A stretch of DNA of 64,000 nucleotides. Origin: an uncultured Candidatus Saccharibacteria bacterium (lineage in GTDB: Bacteria; Patescibacteriota; Saccharimonadia; Saccharimonadales; Saccharimonadaceae). The stretch's first letter is position 1; every line of letters begins with the position of its first letter. The DNA is taken from contig CAUVOX010000002.1 in assembly GCA_963553945.1 (NCBI GenBank), forward strand, positions 3,854 to 67,853, written 5' to 3'. The position numbers and the translations under genes were made by a program. The notes below the pieces were generated by a model, which did no database searches, was not told where the DNA came from, and saw only the letters and a program-made list of their open reading frames with translations. Below, piece after piece: positions 18,914 to 26,877 of this stretch.

Positions 18914-20539
18914 CTAGCCACGCAGATTATACTGGGTCAGCCGACCCAGTGAGTAGGACTTGCGCAGCACCGACAGGACTTCCTTTCGAGTTATACCATC
19001 GTCCCGCACACCCGGATTCAAGATGCCATAAGGATCAAATGCTTTTTTGACCTGATGATGCAGGTCGGCAACCGCTTTGCTCTCCTGATCCTTCGCCCAT
19101 AGTGACAGTAGCCGCCCCGTCCCGGCACAGCCGGCCAATGACCCCTCGTAGCTACCGGCGATCTTACTCAGCTTGTCCATTAGGCGTACGATCACTTGCC
19201 TCTGACCCAGATTTGCTAAGTTGACCAGCGGATAAACAGATATCAACCCCGATCCGAAGTTGCACCACATACCGGCCTGCAGATGATTGCTATCCAGAGC
19301 GCCTCGCACTTCTCGCATAACGTCAGCCAGATCGTTGACCGGGATAGACAGCTCGGTCACCAGCGGGATGGCCGTCGTGCCACCATCACTGTAATTCGTA
19401 ATCGCCGAGACGCAGTTGTAGACAGCCATCATCTTATCTACGTCGTCCGGCTCAATGGCGATATTGGCGTCGACTACCCCCGCTTGCTCCATTATCTTGG
19501 CAATCTTGCGCAGCTTACGGCTGCTATGCTTGTCATCAAACTCGATGAACATCAGCGAAGCAGGCAGCCCCTTGGTGATGCTGCTCCATGGCTGATAGCC
19601 GGTGATCTCGTGCACCAGCGATAAGGTATCGCCGTCTACCACCTCAACCATCGCCGGCTCCAGCTCAAGGATTAAGTTAGCCAGGTCAGTCGCATTAACA
19701 TCATCGCCCAGCGCCGCCACCACCAAGGTATCGTCCATCGGCGTATCAATCAGACGCAAAATCGCCTGTGTCACTATCCCCAGCGTCCCCTGCGAGCCTA
19801 CCAGGAGTGGCGTCAGATCAAAGCTACCGTCTTTACCTCGCACCTGGTCTAGAGCGTAGCCGCCATCAAGAACTCGTCGATCAGCAATCTCTTGCACTAC
19901 CTCCGGATTGTCTTCTATCAGGCTGTCTACCGAACGATAGATATCTCCCTCCAGTGTCTGTAGCCCCTTCTTCTCGCTCAGCTCACGTCTAGTCAGCCGC
20001 CCGGTCTGAATGATCTCACCATTAGCTAGGACAACCTCCAGCTTATCCACCCAGTCTCGCATCGAACCATACTTAGCGAACTGCCGCCCCGGAGCATTGG
20101 TGGCAATCATCCCGCCGATAGTTGATACTCGACTATAACCACTGGATATCGGCAAAGTCAGCCCCTGAGTAGCAACAGCTTGGTTAAGCGCATCCAGCTC
20201 CAGTCCCGGCTGAACTCGGATCATCCGATATTTGAGGTCAAACTCCATGATCTGCGACATGTGAGCCGGGAAAGATATCGCCACTCCCCGACCGATCGCC
20301 GCCCCCGTCACGTCCGTACCGTTACCCCGTGGCGTAATCGGCAACACCTGGCCCCGCTCGGCAAGACGCCAGGCAAAACGAGCGACCTTGCGCACGTCAT
20401 CAGCTATCCTCGGATACGCCACTAGATTAGGCGTCAGCGACAAGATACTCCCATCAGTCGCAAATTGCTTCCTTACGTTATCCGTCGCCACCACATCACC
20501 GGTAATGTGCTCATTCAGATAATCAGTGATCTTGCTCAT
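18914..20539 (-). CDS. FAD-binding oxidoreductase (GlcD/D-lactate dehydrogenase-like)
   Basis: PRGNGT, STIGGMIATNA, GSQGTLGIVT, FDPYGILNPG. Confidence 0.85.
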   Translation of the reverse strand: MSKITDYLNEHITGDVVATDNVRKQFATDGSILSLTPNLVAYPRIADDVRKVARFAWRLAERGQVLPITPRGNGTDVTGAAIGRGVAISFPAHMSQIMEFDLKYRMIRVQPGLELDALNQAVATQGLTLPISSGYSRVSTIGGMIATNAPGRQFAKYGSMRDWVDKLEVVLANGEIIQTGRLTRRELSEKKGLQTLEGDIYRSVDSLIEDNPEVVQEIADRRVLDGGYALDQVRGKDGSFDLTPLLVGSQGTLGIVTQAILRLIDTPMDDTLVVAALGDDVNATDLANLILELEPAMVEVVDGDTLSLVHEITGYQPWSSITKGLPASLMFIEFDDKHSSRKLRKIAKIMEQAGVVDANIAIEPDDVDKMMAVYNCVSAITNYSDGGTTAIPLVTELSIPVNDLADVMREVRGALDSNHLQAGMWCNFGSGLISVYPLVNLANLGQRQVIVRLMDKLSKIAGSYEGSLAGCAGTGRLLSLWAKDQESKAVADLHHQVKKAFDPYGILNPGVRDDGITRKEVLSVLRKSYSLGRLTQYNLRG

Positions 20540-20616
20540 GCTAAGAGTATAGCATACAAATCATCCTTCTATTCCGAAACCGACTCGGTAGCAGGTGTAA
20601 CGAAAAATAATATCTT

Positions 20617-20701
20617 TGGTGCGGATGAAAGGACTTGAACCTTCACGCCGTGAGGCACATGCTCCTAAGGCATGCGTGTCTACCAATTCCACCACATCCG
20701 C
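20617..20701 (-). tRNA. tRNA-Leu(TAG)
   Basis: GCGGATGTGGTGGAATTGGTAGACACGCATGCCTTAGGAGCATG...GGTTCAAGTCC...ACCA. Confidence 0.96.
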
Positions 20702-20952
20702 ATATGGCTTGTCATGGAAACCTAGCTAGATTATAGCACATCATGCGACATACGCATGTGCTGTTGTACTAGCTCACTACATTCTTGTCTTTCGAGTCCC
20801 GTCAACTGTATTGCAACAGAGACTTAGCCGGTGTTCATGAAACCTGTATCAGTCAATAACATTTATTAGTGCGTCGACCAATACGCTGACCGGCACAAGA
20901 CGGGGAGCTAATTTGTACAGCTAAGCCTAAAAGGTGTAATATCTACATATCT

Positions 20953-22518
20953 ATGCACAAAATATCCACACGGCCGTATCTCTACATAGTACTACTCATA
21001 TTATGGAGTACTCTAATCGGATTTACGATGCCGGCATTTATCCAGTCATACGTCCTGGGTAACATACAAAGTTCATGGTCGAAGCCAATTTTGTTGCCTC
21101 TGATTGTTCTAAACACTTTCTTTATCGGTTATTTTTGGCTTAATGGATTAAAAGATATTGTATACACCGCTACCTACTACTTGAAGCAGAAAGCACTCCT
21201 TCTTCCTCAAGGGAAAGACTCTCCCCGAAAGAGAGACCGTGTCATCCTGCTATACTGCACATTTAACGATTTCTCCCCGGAAAGTCTACGGAGATGCATG
21301 GAGCAAGATTATCCAAACTGCCAGACTGTTATTCTCGATGATTCCGACGACAAAAACTATATAAAGAGAGTTGATGATTTCGCTAAGTATGCCGGTGCAA
21401 CTGTTATCCGACGAAACGATCGCATAGGGTTTAAAGCCGGTAATATCAATCATTATCTAATGGAGAAAACCGATTACGATTATTTTGTCTTACTGGATAG
21501 CGATGAGATTATTCCACCGGATTTTGTCACGAAATGCTTAACGTACTTCAGGCGATATCGTAATCTCGGCATCTTACAAGCTAGCCACATCGCCACAAGG
21601 AATCGAAACGCCTTTATGAGAACACTATCTAGAGGCGTAGATTCGCATTGGCCAGTATACCAATCTGTCAAGTATCGCTACGGCTTTTTATCCCTGCTTG
21701 GTCACGGCGCAATGGTTAGTCGCAAATGCTACCAAGCCACAAACGGATTTCCTCATGTCGTCGCAGAGGACTTATGTTTTAGCCTAGAGTGCAGAATGCA
21801 TGGATACTATACTGCATTCGCCAAGGACATCGTATGCCAAGAGGAATATCCTGTAGACTACCTTGCATTTAAGAAGAGGCATTCAAAATGGACTCAAGGC
21901 AATATGGAGTTTATCAAGAAATATAGCCGACGGATTATGAGCTCAAATCTAAAATGGTACGAGAAACTTGACATTGTACTATTCACTTACAGCCTTCCTT
22001 TGACAGCAGTCTTTGCTCTTTATGTAGTAATCAATCTAATATTCTTCCCACTATTATCGTACAGCCTCCCTTATCCATCCTGGCTACTCATACCTACGAT
22101 TGTATTTTTAATGGCACCAATGATGAACGATATCATTTACTATTCCACCCGTCTCAATCCAGTCAAACTACTATTCTATATTGTTACCAGCTTTCTACTG
22201 TATGGATCTATGTTTTACGTTAGTCTGGAGTCATCAGTAAAGTCGTTGCTGGGCAAGAAGGCATACTTTCTGGTAACACCAAAGAATAGTAAGAAGATAA
22301 GTCTGTTGGAAGCAGTAATCGGTAATTATAAAGAGATCCTATTCGCCATCATCCTTATAGCTATATCTATGGCAATGATGGGAAATCCACTTCCGGTTAT
22401 TCTCATCGCTGTACCAAGTATGCTATCTCCTATCTTGACTCTATATAGCAACTACGGACGAAATACCAAAAGACTGCGTCGTCATCGCCATCATCATCAC
22501 CATAGCTACATCCGATAA
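20953..22518 (+). CDS. Processive membrane GT2 glycosyltransferase (cellulose synthase-like)
   Basis: DDS, FKAGNIN, LDSD, AEDL, RHSKW (QxxRW equivalent); N- and C-terminal TM helices. Confidence 0.88.
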   Translation: MHKISTRPYLYIVLLILWSTLIGFTMPAFIQSYVLGNIQSSWSKPILLPLIVLNTFFIGYFWLNGLKDIVYTATYYLKQKALLLPQGKDSPRKRDRVILLYCTFNDFSPESLRRCMEQDYPNCQTVILDDSDDKNYIKRVDDFAKYAGATVIRRNDRIGFKAGNINHYLMEKTDYDYFVLLDSDEIIPPDFVTKCLTYFRRYRNLGILQASHIATRNRNAFMRTLSRGVDSHWPVYQSVKYRYGFLSLLGHGAMVSRKCYQATNGFPHVVAEDLCFSLECRMHGYYTAFAKDIVCQEEYPVDYLAFKKRHSKWTQGNMEFIKKYSRRIMSSNLKWYEKLDIVLFTYSLPLTAVFALYVVINLIFFPLLSYSLPYPSWLLIPTIVFLMAPMMNDIIYYSTRLNPVKLLFYIVTSFLLYGSMFYVSLESSVKSLLGKKAYFLVTPKNSKKISLLEAVIGNYKEILFAIILIAISMAMMGNPLPVILIAVPSMLSPILTLYSNYGRNTKRLRRHRHHHHHSYIR

Positions 22519-22785
22519 TTTGAATGCGATCTCATTCAATTAGTACCTATGTGTCGCCGTACCCACCTACAACGTCCAGCTCCTACACTACACTTATAAT
22601 ATCTAAAAACATAAAACTGTTGATAGAATAGGCATGAAGCATATAGACAGAAGATGCTCAGGTCATCATTGATAGCCGAGCCGGATCATAAGACTAGCTC
22701 AGCTATTTTTCCTACACTACGCCCATACATGAGTGGTAGTAGGGTAGGTCACAGCAGCATCGTTGCTATATAACGGTAGCCTAAG

Positions 22786-22870
22786 TATATACTCGTTGAA
22801 TAGTAACCGTGTGTATACTATACACCGAGTGGCTATAACTATTGCCATAGCTATGCACTCGGTGTATACT
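22786..22870 (+). promoter_or_regulatory. padR promoter with three operator boxes
   Basis: TTGCCA(22842)-N17-TATACT(22865); 17-bp boxes resembling TATRCAC-N3-GTGYATA start at 22786, 22819 and 22852. Confidence 0.7.
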
Positions 22871-22876
22871 CGCATT

Positions 22877-23425
22877 ATGAACGCACAATATGTTCTACTT
22901 AGCTTCCTCGCCGATGAGTCAAACTACGGCTACGAGCTAAAGAAAAAATATGATAGCTACTTTGGCAAGGATAAGCCCATATTACCCGGGCAAATCTATT
23001 CGTCACTAGCTAGATTAAAAAGAGATAATAAGATAAAGGAGGTATCTGACAATGGTAATTCAGGCTCTAGCGGACCCGACCGAATTCGCTACGAGATAAC
23101 TGACCTGGGTAAAGAGCAACTCAAGAGGTGGCTAGCCTCACCGGAAGAGCCGGCACCCCAGCTTCAGGCAACTATGTACGTCAAGACGGTTCTCGCTATA
23201 TTAATGGACGGTGATGCCGCTCCATACCTGGACAACCAACGTCGTGCCCACATCCAGAAGATGCGATCGCTGACCGACGAACGACGTAACAGCAACCTGT
23301 CTGACATGCTTCTGATAGATCATGCTCTCTACCACCTGGAGGCAGACTTGCGCTGGATTGAGCTAACTATCTCACGTCTAACGAAATTAAAGGAGGAACT
23401 ATCACATGGACGATCCGATCATTAG
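22877..23425 (+). CDS. PadR-family transcriptional regulator
   Basis: LLSFL...YGYELKK...GQIYSSLARL...YEITDLG; start at the ATG 6 nt after -10. Confidence 0.9.
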   Translation: MNAQYVLLSFLADESNYGYELKKKYDSYFGKDKPILPGQIYSSLARLKRDNKIKEVSDNGNSGSSGPDRIRYEITDLGKEQLKRWLASPEEPAPQLQATMYVKTVLAILMDGDAAPYLDNQRRAHIQKMRSLTDERRNSNLSDMLLIDHALYHLEADLRWIELTISRLTKLKEELSHGRSDH

Positions 23426-24125
23426 CGCCAAGAATATCAAGAAGTCGTTTGGGCAGACACACGCCCTACGTGGCATCAGCCTAGATATTCAGCCCGGCGA
23501 AATACTCGCTATCATGGGTCCGAGCGGCTCAGGCAAATCAACTTTACTACATAGCCTAGCCGCCATCACCAAGATAGATAGTGGCGAAGTCTATTTCAAC
23601 GGCAAACGTATCGACAAACTGAGCGACGACAGGAGAAGTAAGCTACGTCGCACTAACTTTGGCTTCATCTTTCAGTTTGGTCAGCTCGTACCGGAGCTAA
23701 CCTCGCTCGACAACATCGCCCTGCCACTGCTGCTTAACGGTGTCAAACGCAGAGAGGCTTATGAACGGGCTCAGAAATGGCTCAACCGAGTCGAGCTGGG
23801 CAGCAAAAGCAATAATATGCTCGGCGAACTCTCGGGCGGACAAATGCAACGCATCGCCGTAGCTAGAGCTATGGTGATTAGCCCCAGGGTGCTCTTCGCC
23901 GATGAGCCGACCGGCTCGCTTGACTCGCTCAATTCGGAGAAGGTCATGGAGCTATTTATCAGTGCTGCTCGCTCACACGGCACCACGGTAGTAATGGTCA
24001 CTCACGAGCCGACTATTGCCGCCTATGCCGATAGAGAAGTGACCGTCCGTGATGGACAGATCTCCGGCACCCTACCGGGTGACGCCCACTCCATCAGCCA
24101 CATTCAGATCGGAGACAGGAAATGA
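23406..24125 (+). CDS. ABC transporter ATP-binding protein (MacB/LolD-like)
   Basis: GPSGSGKS, LSGGQ, ADEPTGSLD, VTH. Confidence 0.93.
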   Translation: MDDPIISAKNIKKSFGQTHALRGISLDIQPGEILAIMGPSGSGKSTLLHSLAAITKIDSGEVYFNGKRIDKLSDDRRSKLRRTNFGFIFQFGQLVPELTSLDNIALPLLLNGVKRREAYERAQKWLNRVELGSKSNNMLGELSGGQMQRIAVARAMVISPRVLFADEPTGSLDSLNSEKVMELFISAARSHGTTVVMVTHEPTIAAYADREVTVRDGQISGTLPGDAHSISHIQIGDRK

Positions 24126-26311
24126 GTATCAGCTGGACCTTACTCAAGAAATCAGGGCGACAGTCCTTCGCTCGACTCGGACTAACCGCCATGGCCATCG
24201 CCATCGGCGTGATGCTAATCAGCTATTTCACCGCAGGTGTCAATGGACTTCTCGGTCTTGGTCACCGCACCAACCATCTATCAAGGCTAGTGGGAGTGAA
24301 ACAAGAGCCGATACCCGGCGTCAAACCGGCCAGAATCAACCGCCCCTACCGAGGTAATATCACCGACTGGCACGGTCGATCAATCGAACAGCTCAAGATA
24401 TACAGTACCGCAGAGACATTCAAGTTCCCCGAGCTTAAGGTGATGCAACCGAGAGAATACTACCTATCTCCAGCTCTTAAAAAGGTCATCGATGAACACC
24501 CGACTGACGATATCTTGGCTCGTTTTGGGCGATTTAATAAATATCTCGGCACCGTACCTGAGAAATACCTGACCACGCCCGACTCCCTATTGATAATTAG
24601 CGGGGTTGATGCCAAAGAAGTCAAAGAGCACGAGGAGCGCTACAGCAAGATATATCGCAGTGGATTTGATGACGATGGCACATCCTACGACGCCGCCTCA
24701 ATCGTCGTCCTTAGCGTCGGTGGAGCGATCTTACTTTTCCCCATTATCGTCTTCGTCTCGGTAGCCACTCAACTAGGTGCTACTCAGCGAGAAAAGCGCT
24801 ACGCCGCCCTACGTCTGATCGGTGCCACTAAGCGACAAGTTAATCGTGTCCTGATCCTGGAGTCACTATTAGCTTCGGCTGTCGGTATTGCGATCGGATT
24901 CATCGGCTTCTGGTCGTTCCAAGCGCCGCTACTCAACTTCCGTATCGATGGCGAACGAATGTGGCCGAGCGACATGCAGCCGAGCGTCTTACAGCACCTT
25001 GTTATCATCGCTCTGACCTTGGGCTTGACCGCTTTCATCAATTGGCGACGAATGCGTCGAGCCCAGATCTCACCTTTGGGCGTATCGCACACCCTGGAGA
25101 AGGTTAAGAAGCTACGTATCTGGCGAGTGATCATCCTGGCAATTGGTCTTGGCCTATTCGCCTGGCTATCGACCAAAGATGGCCGACAGTGGATCAGAAA
25201 GGATAGTTCCGGCGCAGCATCTTCGCTAGTCTTCGTCGGAGCTTTCTTAACGATCATGCTTGGCTTAGTCCTATCCGGTAGCTGGCTAACCAATAAGATC
25301 GCTCTGCTCTGCGTCCGCTTGTCAAACAACGCTTCCGTCCTGATCGCCGGTAAGCGCACAGCGGTACACTCCAGAGCTATCTTTCGTAGCGTCTGTGGCG
25401 TAGTCCTAGCCCTCTTCGCCGGAAGCTTTTACCTGACTTCCGTCAGCGGAATGGAGAGGCTGAGCTTCCAGGCTATCAAGGACAATGGCTACTCTCAGCT
25501 GAGAGATAACACCGTGATAATCACTAGCGGAGCCCTGCCCGACCAATTCGCCGGGCGACTCGCCAAGCTACCTTATATATCATCTGTCGCCACCTTCTAC
25601 TCACTCGAGGATGAAGCGGGTACCGATGCCGTTCGTTGCCGAGACCTGGCAAAGTATACCGACAAGACATGTCCGGCAGGCGCCAAGCCCGACCAATTTG
25701 CCTTAATCAACTTCATGAAGCCGGTGGTCAAGCAAGTGCCCCTGGCAAAGAATGTCGACACCACTAAGACTAAACAATACCTAGCCACCATTACTGCACA
25801 GGATCATATTGAGGAGTTACGTACTTTCGTAGTGGTCAATGCCGGTACCGACGGTGATGATACCAGCTACATCACTAGTGGACACATATCCAAACAGCCC
25901 CACATCAACCCGACCATTAAGTCGCTGGCCGGTCTCGCTTACACCGGCATCGGTGTGACATTGTTCGTCGCCATTGCCAGCCTGATCGTCTCGACCATCG
26001 GCGGATTGATCGAGCGACGACGTTCGCTATACACCTTGCGCCTGAGCGGTATGAGGTTAGTCCAGCTGAAGCGTCTGATCATGATCGAATCGGTCACCCC
26101 GCTTCTACTGACCTCGATCGTCTCCTGTATCATCGGCGTCTGGACGGGCTCGGTCTTCGTCGGGATATACTCGACCACACTTCACCCCACCTTAACCCCG
26201 ACCTATTTCGGTATCGTCGGCGGGGGTTTACTGGTCGCCATCGTCGGCATCTACCTGCTCCTACCCATGGTGGATCAACTTACCCGAGCTGACGCTAACC
26301 AGACAGAGTAG
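24122..26311 (+). CDS. FtsX-like ABC transporter permease
   Basis: Two FtsX repeats (REKRYAALRLIGAT; ERRRSLYTLRLSG). Confidence 0.88.
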   Translation: MSISWTLLKKSGRQSFARLGLTAMAIAIGVMLISYFTAGVNGLLGLGHRTNHLSRLVGVKQEPIPGVKPARINRPYRGNITDWHGRSIEQLKIYSTAETFKFPELKVMQPREYYLSPALKKVIDEHPTDDILARFGRFNKYLGTVPEKYLTTPDSLLIISGVDAKEVKEHEERYSKIYRSGFDDDGTSYDAASIVVLSVGGAILLFPIIVFVSVATQLGATQREKRYAALRLIGATKRQVNRVLILESLLASAVGIAIGFIGFWSFQAPLLNFRIDGERMWPSDMQPSVLQHLVIIALTLGLTAFINWRRMRRAQISPLGVSHTLEKVKKLRIWRVIILAIGLGLFAWLSTKDGRQWIRKDSSGAASSLVFVGAFLTIMLGLVLSGSWLTNKIALLCVRLSNNASVLIAGKRTAVHSRAIFRSVCGVVLALFAGSFYLTSVSGMERLSFQAIKDNGYSQLRDNTVIITSGALPDQFAGRLAKLPYISSVATFYSLEDEAGTDAVRCRDLAKYTDKTCPAGAKPDQFALINFMKPVVKQVPLAKNVDTTKTKQYLATITAQDHIEELRTFVVVNAGTDGDDTSYITSGHISKQPHINPTIKSLAGLAYTGIGVTLFVAIASLIVSTIGGLIERRRSLYTLRLSGMRLVQLKRLIMIESVTPLLLTSIVSCIIGVWTGSVFVGIYSTTLHPTLTPTYFGIVGGGLLVAIVGIYLLLPMVDQLTRADANQTE

Positions 26312-26382
26312 GTGAGACGATACAGTCGTACTATGGGCTAATGATTTAACATTAGCTCATAGTGATCATGTATAATAGCCCT

Positions 26383-26838
26383 ATGAAGATAACTAGCCCA
26401 GCTTTTGATAACGACACCAAAATACCGGTAGAATACTCTCACCTGAGGGGTAATATTCGCCCGCCTCTAGTGATATCCGACACCCCTTCCACAGCCAAGA
26501 GCCTGGTCATCATCTGCCACGACCCGGATGCACCACTTCTCGGTGGCTTTTACCACTGGACGGCCTGGAATATCCCGCCCGACACCACTCAGATAAATAG
26601 CGACACCTTACCGGACCAAGTAGTCGAAGGCGTCACCAGTTGGGGCGAGCCCGGCTGGAATGGACCACAGCCACCCTTTGGCACTCATCGTTACCAATTT
26701 CATCTCTACGCTCTGACCGACCGACTGGATTTACCCGCCAATACAACACCGAGGCGGTTAAAGAAAGCGATCAAAGATATCACTCTCGACCATGCCGTCT
26801 TGACCGGACTATTTTCAGCTGCTGACAAGAAAGACTGA
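26383..26838 (+). CDS. YbhB/YbcL (PEBP/Raf kinase inhibitor-like) protein
   Basis: MKITSPAF, DPDAP, HW, GPQPP, HRYQF.LYAL. Confidence 0.9.
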   Translation: MKITSPAFDNDTKIPVEYSHLRGNIRPPLVISDTPSTAKSLVIICHDPDAPLLGGFYHWTAWNIPPDTTQINSDTLPDQVVEGVTSWGEPGWNGPQPPFGTHRYQFHLYALTDRLDLPANTTPRRLKKAIKDITLDHAVLTGLFSAADKKD

Positions 26839-26877
26839 TGACACCGCCATAACTCCGCTTTGTCACACCTAGCTACA

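Noticed and set aside
20884..20910. TGACCGGC...CGGGGAGC resembling a ZTP riboswitch
   Set aside because: The 3' GCCYGGGC pseudoknot hairpin is absent and the downstream gene does not fit
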